This document shows, in pieces, positions 1 through 11,631 of a stretch of 20,000 nucleotides of DNA. This DNA is from Psammoneis japonica (taxonomy: Eukaryota). The stretch covers positions 50,082 to 70,081 of the forward strand of contig QPGO01000299.1 of the NCBI GenBank assembly GCA_008632985.1, written 5' to 3'. The translations under genes and the position numbers were made by a program. The notes beneath the pieces were generated by a model. The model had not been told where the DNA came from. It ran no database searches and saw only the letters and a program-made list of their open reading frames with translations. Every line of letters starts with the position of its first letter. Position 1 is the first letter of the stretch.

Positions 1-1131
1 GTCATGGATGCCTTTGGCAATGCATGGTCCTGCAAGGCAGTCACCAACAGCAGGAGTCCCATTGGTCAATGCCACGATGACAAGTGCAACATGAAGCCGA
101 TGCTGACTTGGATGCACCACAACCGAGCTCAGCTTGACTTTGCACTTCAAGACATGGACCTCCAACATGACGGTCCCACCCATCCTGACTTTGCGCTGAC
201 TGCCAGCACCTTCAAAAATCTCTCACTGGATGACAGCAGGCCATGGAATGATGTTGTCATTGGCGGAGGCGGTGACACGGGAATTCCCAAGGTGCACATG
301 GATCGGCTGAAGTTCCCTGAGCAAGCAAGGAATGCTCATAGATCCAGGCAGCATTGGAACTTAACAGCAACACACACGGGCAGGCAAGGAGAACTGATTT
401 GTGAAGGCAGTTGGTTGCACGGCTGTGACAATGATGAGATGCTAGATCTTTTAGCTGCTGGATCGAGGGGGGATGAGCTCTGTTTGGTGATTGACAAGCA
501 AGATGTTGATGCGTTGAGAGAAACGTCAACCGTTGGCTTGCCCACCTGTGGAATGGACAAAAATGGGAGGTGCAGACCACTTTCATTGGAAGACAGTCTA
601 GGAGGTGTGTGCTCCCTGGTCATGGACAGGAAAGGCATCGCATTTGATGCTGGGAAGCTTGCGGACTTGTTCGAGTGCCAAGTCAAACAAGACTCACCCT
701 ACAGGTTGTGGCGTTGTGATGAATTGGAGTTCTTTGAATTGACACCAAGGACTGTTAACAGTTGGACATTGGAGATCATTGAGAAGAAGAACTTCTGTGA
801 TGATTACAAACATTGTTGTGAAGATAAGAAGGAGATGAGACAGTGAAGACATTGTCTTAAAATGAAGAAAGAAAAGATCCGTCATGATCACGTTGAGCGT
901 TTTGTCCGTTGTGTTCGTGGGGTGATGAATGCCTTTGATCACATGACTGATCACTCTTACAATGGAAGGTACAGTGATTTTGTCATTGTCCATTTGGAGG
1001 AGGATGCCATGGAAGAATTGGACCAGAGATCGATTTTGGCACCAAGCAGCAATCAGAGGTTAGAGCACATGGATGCAAAGTTCAGACCATCACAGGGATT
1101 AATGTTCATGCACAAAACTGCACAGTTGTAA
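1..1131 (+). pseudogene. Decayed ORF of unknown function, probably open beyond the left edge of the window
   Basis: ORFs 4..846 and 862..1131 are in the same frame, separated by one TGA (844-846, plausibly CGA->TGA). Cys/His-rich and Tyr-poor like the flanking TEs. No recognisable domain. Confidence 0.45.
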
Positions 1132-1461
1132 GTTTTAAATGAGATGATCAAGCCAAACATCAAATTTGTCATTGACAATTATGTTCAACATTTGAACTGA
1201 ATGTTTCATCCCTTGATTTGGAACAAATGCAACCAGGGATGTTGTTTTCAAAGAAAAACACGTAGATTCCTAATTGTGGTTGTTTTTGAAAGCAATGCCA
1301 CCAGTTGTGAACACATGACGAAGGGAAGCAGCATCACCTTTGGAGTGTTGAGGAAGAGGTTTGAAATTTTGCAATGGCAAACTTCCTCTGAGACCTGCTG
1401 CACTGCACAATCACGGCAAACTGCAGGCCTTTGCCACAAGACATGCATTAAGTTGAGGGCA

Positions 1462-2752
1462 ATGGCAAGGAATGAGAAAAAGGTGGAGAAGGATGGGGCA
1501 ACAGCAGAGGCACCACCAAATGGCCCAAGGCCAACAGCAGCATTGCAGCAGGCGGGAGCTGCAAGTGATCACCAATCACTGAAGAGAGAGGTGGAAGAGG
1601 TGGCACGGAGAGAGCCATTCCCAAAAGCGAAATTCCTCATGAAGGCAGACATGGCAAGTGGTGGCAAGGTGTTGCAGCCAATGCAGAAAAACACAGCAGA
1701 TGGCAAGTTCACCAAGCGCGAATGGGCAGGATTGTGGGAGGACTGGGTGAAGAAAAGCTTTCTCAATGCAATCAATGCAAAAAGAAACACTGTGTGTCAG
1801 ACGACAATGAAAAGTGCAATGAGTGGCAAGCAAGGTGGAGGTGGGCATTTCCAAAATGGGCATGGGTGTGGTGCTGCTGATGAGAACCTGATTTTGCTGC
1901 AGTCGTTGTGACAAAAAAACAAACCACAGAAATCTGTGGCAGGAAGAAACCGGCAAGGACCACCAAGAAAATCAAGAAGCAGAGAAAGGACGAAGCCGGC
2001 ATTGAAGAAGAATTCGCAGCAACTTGGGAGGATGAGACAGTTGACACTGTTGTGTCTGAGAAGCAAAAGAACAGGGAGAGGTGCACGCATGGTTCTACAA
2101 AAACATCCTAAAATTCATGAAGAGCACTGCGATGTGGAGAAGGATGGTGGAGTCCAGCAGCACCAAGGCTGCAGATCTGGCTGTGGCAAGCGATGAGGCA
2201 CTGGCCCTTTTGATGATGGAAAACCACTGGAAGGTTTGGGAGCACAAGACCATGCTGGAGGGAAAGGATGAAGGGAGCGATGAGGATAAACCAGCACTGT
2301 TGCACACAGACCCGTGGTGACAGCGTGACTGGTGGAAAGATGAAGGAATGCTGCACTTCAACGCCCTGCTTTGGGAGGTAAAGGAAGACAGGGCAAGTGA
2401 GCAGGGTGTGCATTTCAACATGTGGCACACCGATGGAAAGAAAAAGGAGAGCAAAGGCAAAGGAAAAAAGGGAAGAAACACTAAAAAACCAGCGGATTCA
2501 GAGATGAGAATGCAAGCAACAACAGAGCTGTCTAGTGACGATGAGGAGGACAACAATGCAGCAGAAAAACAAGGTGACAAAAAAGATTATGAGGAAGACA
2601 ACAATGTCCAAGAAGACAGCGACAACAGCAGAGAAAGAAAAACTCCAGCACAGGCAGGTTGGAGATGTAAATCAATGGGGACCACAGCATTAACTCAGTG
2701 TTCATTGACATTCCATGTTAAAAAGGAAATGCTGTTAATCGCTGTTGGTTGA
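1462..2752 (+). pseudogene. Decayed intron-containing gene of an 'SDEA-x-ALL-x-x-EN-x-W' family, recalled as repeat-associated in diatoms
   Basis: ATG at 1462. Splicing 1826-1902 joins the 1201 frame to the 1908 frame; a frameshift near 2080 leads to ...ASDEALALLMMENHWKVW...LHTD...W(stop 2318-2320)...WKDEGMLHFNALLWEVKEDR, then a Lys-rich/acidic tail. Family recognised from memory only. Confidence 0.5.
1826..1902 (+). other. Putative 77-bp spliceosomal intron with donor GCAAGC (probably ancestral GTAAGT)
   Basis: G|GCAAGC at 1826, CTGAT branch-like motif near 1877, TTTTGCTGCAG acceptor ending 1902. Removal gives in-frame ...MS-V-V-V-TKKQ. Confidence 0.55.
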
Positions 2753-3065
2753 GGAAAGTGGCCTAAATTCATTGCACACAGCACCAAAAACACAAAAACC
2801 AGCACATGACACAAGAGTGACAAACAATGTTGATTGTCAGGTTCTATGGTGAAGGAAAGCAGACACAAAATGGGAAGAGAGGGGGGTGTTTGAAAGTTAA
2901 AGTTGATTTCTCGTAGTTAAAAAGATGTCTCCATGGATGATTTAATTAACCATCACAGATTAAAAATCATTGCCAGCTGCACAACTAACAAGATTTGAAA
3001 CTATAAAATTGTTGTCTGTAAAAGGAACAAAAATCACTGTGAAAAGGGATGAGTGGATCACCACA

Positions 3066-4472
3066 TTGCGGCCTCTGATGGGTGACCATTGTGAATGTGT
3101 GGAAGTGCACATGGATGACCCATGGCCTTCCCCATGAAAGATCCTTGGGCCTTCCTTAAAACTCTCATGGAGAAATGCAAGTTCAAGCTCAAAGGCACTG
3201 GACCATTGGAATTTCACCTTGGCTGCAACTTCTCTCGTGACTCTGATGGCACACTGTGCCTTGCTCCTCCCAAGCACATTGAGCACATGGGGTTGAAAAA
3301 TTACAAATGCCTTTGTGCAGAGAAGCCTTGCAATGGTGTGCCATCCCCTTTTAAAAAGGGAAACCACCCCAAGCTTGACACCTCCAAACTGCTGCTCCCT
3401 GATGGCATTCATCAATTTCAGTCCTTGGTTGACTCTCTGCTGTGGGCTGTGTTGCTTGGTTGCATTGTCATCACTGTGGCCATCATGTCTCTCTCTGGCT
3501 TCCACATGCCACCCCATCAAGGCCCCTGGATTGTGCCAAACGTGTCTGCAGATGCTTGTCAAAGATGCAACATGGTGCCCTGTGCATGTGCACACTGAGG
3601 AACCCAACCATTTGGACCTCCCCAAGCCTGTGTGCAACTGGGCTCAAACCATGCATGGTGATGTGGAAGAATTTTTTCCTGAAGATGCACCCAAGCCTCT
3701 TGGCAAGTTTGTCACAATGACCCACTGTGTTGATGTGAACTTGTTCTCCATAGCATGCTCACTTGATGCTCCATCACAGGCATCATTCATTTTCTTGACA
3801 AGTTTCTCGCTGATTGGTTCTCCAAGAAACAAGCCACAGTCAAGACTGCAACTTACAAATCTGAATTAGTTGCCACCAGGATGTGTGTTGAACAGATCAT
3901 TGTTCTGTGCATCACATTGCATTGCCTTGGCATCCAAATCCATGACACATGTTAAATGTTCGGGGACAACAAGTCAGTTGTGGACAGTGCTGCCACTGTC
4001 CCGCACTCCAAGTTACACAAGCGACACATGGCCCTCTTGTTCCATCATGTGCTTGTTGCAATTGCCTCCAGTTTCCTTGAGTTCCACTTTGTGGAAGGTT
4101 TCTGCAACCCTGCTGACATCCTCAGCAAACACTGGGGTTGCTCCCAGGTTTAGAACCTCCTCCATCCTCTCATGTTTTAGAACTTCAATCTGACTTTGAA
4201 TCTGTCTCTGTGGACTCCTCAAGCAAACTGGGGAGTGACAGGATTTGAACAAGATTTTAGTTTGTCTTGCAAAATTGTGTGTGCTCTCAGTTCCACATGT
4301 GATGCATGATGCAGTTTGCTTTTGAGCCACTCAGCTTGCAAGAACAACAACAGCAGTGCCGACAACATGACACACATCTTTCAGCTCCTGCAACAGTGAC
4401 TCATCTGCTGTTTAGACAGAGCAGCAAGGAGTTGTTGTTTTCTTCCACCCATTTTTTCTTCAATTTCTGTTG
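3066..4472 (+). mobile_element. 5'-truncated, decayed Ty1/copia retrotransposon (CoDi-like): RT C-terminal half, RNase H, PPT, 3' LTR
   Basis: DHCECVEVHMDD at 3084-3119 (decayed YVDD), KFKLKGTGPLEFHLGCNF, HCVDVNL, DWFSKKQATV, MFGDNKSVVDS, NPADILSKHWG; several frameshifts and stops. Colinear with the minus-strand copy at 19233-20000. Confidence 0.93.
4236..4472 (+). repeat. 3' LTR of the decayed copia, preceded by PPT GGGGAG (4230-4235)
   Basis: Starts TGACAGGATTTGAACA right after GGGGAG. Aligns with gaps to the reverse complement of 19233-19508 up to CTTCAATTTCTGT, where similarity stops. Confidence 0.8.
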
Positions 4473-5649
4473 ACAAATGCAACACACTCAATCAATGACA
4501 ACAAACTCACCATCATGCTGACACATTTAGACAGAGCACAAATGGTGTCACATGTGGAAAAACAGCTGAAATGCTCAATTTTTTGCCTGTCAGACAAAAC
4601 GTGCTGTTGATTTTTGTGGCTCTCAAAAGCTGTCAAGAAAATGCCAACTGCAGAGTTGCCATTGTGAGGTGGTTCCTGGGGCTTCTGACTGTGGCATTCC
4701 TGTGGTGAATTTGCACTGAAGCTGAGTTGTGCTTGTCAAGTTAGCATGGATGCAGCTTCACACATCACATGCCCGCCATTCTCAGCCCAGTGGCAGGGCC
4801 CGCAGCAAAAAAATGAACCATGATTCAGCACAAAAAGCTGAGGGCATGAAAGAAGTCATTTTTTATCTCCTTTTTGATCCTGGTGGCTGCAGCATGTCTG
4901 AGGATGATGATGAGACAACACTTTCATCATTTCCAATCACTTTCAGTTTGAATGAAAAGGGCCCCATTAATTCCAAGGAACTCAAGAGCTGTTTTGTGAA
5001 AGCAGCAGTCTTGTCAGGTGTTGGACCAATGTTTTGGATGCTCCAGGGAAAAGAGTGTGTGAGCGCATCAATGGCAGTCAAGGTTGAACAAACACTGAGA
5101 TGCTTGCCAACTTTGCTTGCTTGGAAAACTGGATTTCCCTGCAGGTTCACCAAACACAACTCTCCTTCTGCAAATTGTGGATCAGCCACTTGGATTGTCC
5201 AAGTCTTTTTTCTTAAGAAATTTGAGAAGCTGGGGGAGTGCCAGCCAGGTTGGAGTGCTGAGTGACAATCCCAAACATGAGTCTGGATCACCTGAGTGGT
5301 GTGGATGTTGGGATGCTTGTCTTTGGCAGAGAGCTTCCCAACAGAACATTCTCCAAGAGAGAGGAGCACCAAAAAGTGGAAAAAGTGGGCCCTGAACCAT
5401 TTACATGAGCTGCATTGAAAAACAAAAGGGAGCACAGCATGTGAGTCAGCACAAAAAAATGATGAAACAGAACTGCTGACACAGAGAGGCTGATCCAATG
5501 ACAGCTTGCACCTTCAATGTTCACAGGAGGAACTCTCAATTTTTTGGCTTGTCTTGTCGTGACATTTTGGGTTCTTCCTTTAGAATGGATGGCAGCATGT
5601 TCAAGAAGATGCTTTTGGCATCCAGCAGCATGAAATGAGCCCAATGGGG

Positions 5650-5830
5650 GTCACAAACACCACAGAGAAAGACAAGATGCAGTCTCCAACTCCAAATCCA
5701 TGGGGGGTCTTTTCCTCCAGACTGGTGGCTCTCTTTTAAATTCTGGCAACTTTTTGATGGCTGGCAAGCAGGAAGAATGGAAAAAAGCTCTGGAGATGCA
5801 CTTCAAGGCAAAAAGGGGAAAAACATGTCA
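5650..5830 (+). pseudogene. Possible fragment of a DNA-transposon protein C-terminal region
   Basis: RQDAVSNSKSMGGLFLQTGGSLLNSGNFLMA...WKKALEMHFKAK resembles a G-x-x-F-x-x-TGG-x-x-LNS-x-D-F pattern recalled from diatom transposase-associated proteins. No catalytic motif seen. Confidence 0.25.
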
Positions 5831-6409
5831 GCAACAATTGGTGCCAAACTCACACAATGCAACACAGCACACCACATGCCATGCTGCCCATGCAAGGAGT
5901 GATGACTGCCCCTGCATTGGTGTGGAAAGTGTGGTGTGATGTCATGGTGATGCAATGTTCACATGAAGGGTTGGATGACAGAACCCTGGGAACTGAACTT
6001 TTGGTTGGAATAGAGAAAATCACAATTCTTTGTTTTTTCATGCAAAATGCCTTTGCAGTGTGGTCTGCATGGCAACACAGGGGCCCTCAAGTTCCAAGCA
6101 GCTGAAAAAGCTCTGCCTGACAATGATGGCAAAATGCAACAATGGTGTTGCTCACTTGGCTTCTTTCTGTTGCAATGTTGTGCACCAGCCCACCCAGCAA
6201 ACAACAACAACAACAGAAAGTGCAAGCTTCTGCAAAGCACCAGAAGGAAGCATTTTGTGATTGATTGTTGCATGAGTTCTACAAAGAATTCTGAGCAAAA
6301 TTGATTGTCAGGTCAGGAGGCTGCAATGAACAGAAAGCTTTTTATTTCATTCTTGCAGCAAACTTGCACTGGTGTGTGTTGATTTGGTCATTGCTTTGCA
6401 ACCCCAAAA

Positions 6410-6940
6410 GAGACCAGAATGTGCTGCATCATGGTCAACCCATCTTGGCTGTCATTGGAGCTTTGTTTCTCAGTGCTTGAATCACACAGAAATTATGTAG
6501 AAAAACAAATTTTGTCAGAGTCAACAAGAAGAAACTTTGTCTCAGTGTTGCCCTCTGTTTCAATCATTTGCATCATTGGGAAGCTTTTTTCTCCACTTTT
6601 TAGTCATGTGTTTTTTGCAAAAAGTTGGAAAAACTCATTTGCCTGGGTCATGTCATCTGACAGTTCACATCAGGACATTTTCACACATCTGCCAGGTGTC
6701 ACTTCACTTGTTTTAGCATTTGCACACAATTTTCTAGGAAAAATCCACTGTTTGAGAATTTACAGAGATTCTTTGTCATTGGTTTGGGGGACATCTTCGG
6801 AAGTGAGACTGTCGAAGAAAGTTACGTAGAATTTGCACTAAAACAGTCTGTCAATCAGTGCGATTGGGGCATTTGGGATCACTGGACAGATCCCATGTGT
6901 TTTTTTGTGTGCGCACAAATTGCACTGGGAAAACCCCCAA
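6410..6940 (-). pseudogene. Possible Ulp1/C48 peptidase-like relic
   Basis: Manual minus-strand translation: VFPV..(frameshift in A run)..THGICPVIPN...KFYVTFFDSL (FFDSL at 6805-6819)...KQSSNDSQDGLTMMQHI with several stops. Motif order resembles P-x(n)-HW / FDSL / Q-x(n)-CG. Confidence 0.3.
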
Positions 6941-7035
6941 ATGCACTGGCGATCAGACCGCCTTCATTGATCTCACTTCCAAAGACGCCCCCCAGGTTGT
7001 CCTCATTTTTGAATGTTTTTTATGTTGTCCATTCA

Positions 7036-7127
7036 CAAAAGTGTGGCAGCCCACATTCAAGACAGTGATTGAATGTTCTGAAAATCCACCTCACAACTGG
7101 CTTGTCTTTTGGGAGCTCTGTGTTCAA
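7036..7127 (+). repeat. Diverged dispersed direct repeat, copy 1 (copy 2 at 8105-8191)
   Basis: Shared blocks GTGTGGCAGC, TCAAGACAGT, AATGTTCTGAAAA, AACTGGCyTGTCTTTTGGrAGCTCTGTGTTCAA in both copies. Confidence 0.85.
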
Positions 7128-7322
7128 AAGGGGTCATTTGCTGCTTTTTTTGCTTAAAGTTGGCCGAATGGCTCATGATTTGCACCATTTTTCCTGAATT
7201 TCACTGTGCTTCACCATGGTAAAAACATCAAGCCACAAATCTGTGACATGGGCAGTCTGTTTGCCCACTCTCCTTTGTTTTGTGTTCATTGTGTGTTAAA
7301 GGTCATGTGTGCTGCACCAACT

Positions 7323-7478
7323 GTTGTGGATGGAAAACTGCATTTTGCTTGGAGAACTGTCAAGATTGCGATCATCATTGTGCTTCGATCACGGCACCTG
7401 TTTGTGGATGGACAACTGCATTTTGCTTGGAGAACTGTCAAGATTGCAATCATCATTGTGCTTTGATCACGGCACCTG
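7323..7478 (+). repeat. Tandem duplication of a 78-bp unit (2 copies)
   Basis: TTGTGGATGGAmAACTGCATTTTGCTTGGAGAACTGTCAAGATTGCrATCATCATTGTGCTTyGATCACGGCACCTG occurs twice with period 78; about 3 internal mismatches, 2 at CpG. Confidence 0.95.
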
Positions 7479-8104
7479 ATGTTCTCCTTTTCTTGCACCA
7501 CTTGGTGTGAACATGAACAATTCTTGTGTTCAACAATGCACACCACAAAGAACCTCATTTAAATGTTGTGGCATTTCTGGGATGAAGGTGGGGATGACCC
7601 CCCTCAAGTGGTCATGAAACAGGCATGAAATCCATGCCCTCAGTTCAAATTTTAGGAATCCTTTCTTTCTTCAGTCTTTCTCTCACATGATGTCTTGAAA
7701 ATGTGATGTCATTTGGTGATCATGATCAATGGGAGTGGCAGCTTCACCAAGACAATGTGGCACCAGATTCTGATTAGATCACAGTGGGAAATGGTCATTC
7801 CATGGTAGAAAAATTGTGAAAAACATGAGCTCTCCAAGACATTGTCTTGTTGCCTGGCCAACAAGTGATCCCAATTGCTTCACGCAAAAGAAAAAGGAGT
7901 GAGACAAAAAAGTGGGTGTCATGTGGTTGATGCAGTCATGTGAATGAGAGGGTGGTGAACTTGCGTGCAAACAAACAAACTTGCATGCACCATCTGAATG
8001 GAATCTGGTGCCCAAATTGCATTTGAGCAACAGTGTTGGCCAACTTGGGAGGGTGGCACCAAAGCCATCCATTGAAAAAATGGGTTGATGTCAATCGTCA
8101 CAGG

Positions 8105-8191
8105 CAAACGTGTGGCAGCGGACAATCAAGACAGTCACCAAATGTTCTGAAAACTCAGAACTGGCCTGTCTTTTGGAAGCTCTGTGTTCAA
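8105..8191 (+). repeat. Diverged dispersed direct repeat, copy 2 (copy 1 at 7036-7127)
   Basis: Same blocks as 7036-7127 with a short indel. Confidence 0.85.
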
Positions 8192-8971
8192 GCATTTCAA
8201 ATTTGTGACAAACACCTGTGTGCAAAATGCAAAAAAAAGGCAAAACAACAATGAACGAGAGCTTGTGGGCTCATGTTGTTCAATGTGGTGTTCATTGTGG
8301 ACTTGTCATCCTGCCATTGCAAGAGATGACAGCCAAGCAATTGACTGGCTGCACAAGTTGGATGCCCAAAAAACTCTGCATTGTTGCTGCAATGCAGAAT
8401 TCTGCTGATGAAGGGTCTGTCCTTTTTGAGTGAAGAAAGGCCCTCTTTGCAACACTGGGGATGGCATTCAGAACCGTAAATCTCACATGCAAGGTGCTGC
8501 AGTGTTGTCAATTGACAACAGCAAAAAACAAAAGCAGCATTGAAGAGTAAAAAGCCCATCAATTTTGGAAACAAAATCAACTTTTACAGAGACACAAAAA
8601 AGGCAGAGGACAGCAGGTTTTTTCCCACTTGCAGCACTTTTTTGTGGCAAAAGCCATGGCAGCAGGCACACCAGTGCACAAAACTAAGTTGAACAGGTCA
8701 TCCAGAGTTGTGTGAGCTGGGCAACATCACAGATGTGAATGTGAACATCACCGGAATGTGCCAACTGCTGTTGGCAGCAGCAGTGTTGTCCTTTGCAACT
8801 GCAGCGCCAGCAGCTGAATTGCTGCCAACACTGCCAAACATTCTTGTGACACTTTTCTGTGGTTCTGTGCACTTTGGACCAAACAACAAGCAAATGGAGT
8901 GGGTGTCAGGTGGATTCCCAGTGTGTGTAGCTTCTTTGGGCACAGATGCAGCTGTTCTGTGTTGCAATTGC

Positions 8972-11631
8972 TGCCTCAACTGTGTCTTAGCCTCCCCTGG
9001 GGCATTGGCCGTGGCTTGATCTGGCGGGTGTGAGGCTTTCGGCTGCGGCATCACCTCTGATCATCGTGCTTGCTTCGTGGACTTTGACACATTGGCCTTG
9101 TTTGGCAACCCATCAGTGGATCTCCCAAAGGCTTTTTTCAGAAACATTTGGGCTTTGTCCAAACCTCACATCACAGCACATCTTCAGTCTCTTGGCCCAA
9201 TGCTTCAGAGTCAATCTGTGTTGGAGCAGTCCATTCAGTTGAACTAACTTGATGCCCCAGATCATGCCCTGGCAGAATGATTGGATCGTGACATTGTGCA
9301 ATTTTCTCTGGCAGCTGCCAAGAAATGCCATGTTCATTGTGAACCTGACCTGGTTGGTTGAGCTCACTGATCTGAGATGCCGGGCACACACATTCACTGG
9401 GTTGGTTTCCATGATGTGAACCAGGTTGGATTGTGTCTCACAAATTTGCTCTGTTCGAGAACATCTTCATGTCTCCTTTCTCATTCCAGACACCTTGCAA
9501 AGGTGCCAAGAGGCCCTGTGCTCCACTCAAGCAGAATGCAAGAAAGTGGCAGCCGAGAGTGTTGGCTGTCGTGAATGTGAGATGTCCACAAGGATCACAG
9601 AATTCGATTTTGAAGGTGCCAAATCCTCCCGTGCCCAGGCCACCATCCTGCAAAATGTCAGGAAAGCCAAAGAAATGAAAAAATTGTTCAAAAAGATCAA
9701 TGCATGCAATGCTCAATGGGATGATGGCATCAACAACGTGCAGGTTCCTCAAAATCCTGCTGTTCCCTCAAAGGAATGTCATGACTGGATGACCATCGAT
9801 GCACCGGAAGACATCGCCACTGCTCTTCATCAGAGAAACCAAAAACATTTTGGTCAAGCAAAAGGCACTCTACCAACTGAACCTCCTCCATCTGTGGATC
9901 CACGTTATGATGGTGACACCACAATGGCAGAACTTATCTTGGATGGCAAGTGCAATGCAACCACTCTGAATGATGCTGCCGCATTGTTCATTCAACATTT
10001 GTGGCAGCAGTCTACGGTGTCAGTTTCTAATTTGTTGTCAGCATCCGACCTTGAAGGGAAAATCAGATGTTGGAAAGAATCCACTTCCACATCAATTTAC
10101 TCCGGCCTTGACCTTGGTCATTGGAAGGCAATGCATGCATCTCATAAATTTTCTGAGTCAGTTGCCTCTGACAGCACCCCCACAGCTGACAAGGATGCTT
10201 TGGATGAGGTCCAACGTTCTCTCATTCAGGTCCGGTTGAATCTGTTGAATTGTGCTCTCAGGTGGGGTTGCTCCTTTGACTGCTGGAAAGATGTTGTGAA
10301 CATCATGATTTTCAAAGAACTGGGAAACAACAAGATTTGTCACCTCTGTGTTGTGCACACACATGAAGCAGACTTCCAGTTAATCTCAAGTGTTAAGTGG
10401 CGTGCCTTGGCTCAAAACATGGAGAAACGCAGGCTTTGTGATCCTGGCATCTACAGCACTCATCCCTTCTTAAATGCCAAAGATCCCATGCAACTTGAAG
10501 AAATGATGCTTGAGATCAGCAGAGCTTCCTGTAAGACTGCCGTGCACAGTGACGATGATTGCACATCTTGTCATGACCACAACATCCCTGCGTTGGTTGC
10601 AATTGAAAGCCAGAGCAATGGAACACCAAGGGAAGTCACCCAAGTTGCCAGATCCATGATTCACAAGGCTTGTCATTGGCTGAAAACAGTGTTGGGTTTG
10701 CCTCGTCCTTCACACTCTCACTTTGAAGAATTTCCAACATGTGGCTCAGGACAGGGCAGTGGCAACTTTCCATTCTGCTGGAACCAAATCTGCAACAGTC
10801 TGTTTGCAACATTCAATCAACATGCACACGGTGCATTTTTTGAGACTCCAGATCACTCCTTGTCCCTCAGAGTGTTTGCATGTGGATGCATTGACAATGT
10901 GGGTGCTGGACCTAGCCTTTAAGATGCAGGAGGACAGTCAACTTTGGTGTGACCTTTTTGAATGCCACTGGCCATGAGTTGGAGCTTCCAAAATGTTCTT
11001 TTCACGCAATGGAGTGGATGTTCACCAACAACAGCAAACCTTACCTTCGAGCATGCAATGATGAGATCAACATTGAAATTTCATTGGCAGATTGCATGAC
11101 TGTGAGGTCCAGCAAACAATTGTCAGCATGTTCTTCTCACAAGACACTTGGACACTGTAAAGCTCCAGCAGGAACCCAAAAGACTCAATTTTCTGCCCTC
11201 AAGAAAAAGAGTGACAATGTGGCTCTGTTTTTGTTTGATCATGTCCCCTTGACCGGCATGAGGCTTGGACTCATTGCTTTGCCTGCCATCTGTCTTTGAT
11301 CACGTGTGTTCTGCCAAACACCCACTTCATGAGAAAAGAACTGCAAGAAGTCCAAAGGAAAGCCATTCGCAGCATCTTTGCAAAGTGCGGATGCAATTGC
11401 AACATGAAACGTGACATTCTATTTGATCTGCACTCATTGGGAGGTGGCGGTTTCAGGTCTTTGGATGTGGAGGAGGGAGTGGCACAGATTTTACAGTTTC
11501 TCCGACATTGACATGGCTTGGGGCAACCACAGGCTTTGTCCCAGATTGCGGCAGCATGGACTGCAGTGAGACAATGACTGGCACATGATGGAGGTGGTGC
11601 TCGAGTCATGCACATTCACCAATCAAGAGAT
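8972..11631 (+). pseudogene. LINE ORF2 part 1: endonuclease C-terminus and reverse transcriptase
   Basis: ORF fragments 9426..10922, 10949..11299 and 11296..11511 plus upstream frames, broken by stops and frameshifts; motifs as above. Confidence 0.9.

Noticed and set aside
4473..4550. Extending the first copia LTR to TGTCA at 4550 (a 13-bp TTTAGACAGAGCA repeat lies at 4411 and 4526)
   Set aside because: Homology with the younger LTR stops near 4472, where that copy has its terminal inverted repeat.
6199..6215. (AAC)n tract
   Set aside because: Short ordinary microsatellite; not telomeric.
7323..7478. 78-bp repeat as a CRISPR array, or as a Cys-rich metallothionein-like gene (ORF 7280..7510)
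   Set aside because: Two adjacent units with no spacers. The Cys richness follows from the TG-enriched background.
4473..8960. Many overlapping 60-210 aa ORFs on both strands
   Set aside because: Loss of TpA removes TAA and TAG stops and inflates ORF length in all frames. No coherent domain is recognisable apart from the low-confidence relics listed.
9426..10922. RT as a retron, diversity-generating retroelement, group II intron or bacterial defence RT
   Set aside because: APE upstream and RNase H plus Zn finger downstream mark a eukaryotic LINE. The 1-kb repeat differs mostly at CpG and on both strands, not A-to-N on one strand as in a DGR template/variable pair.
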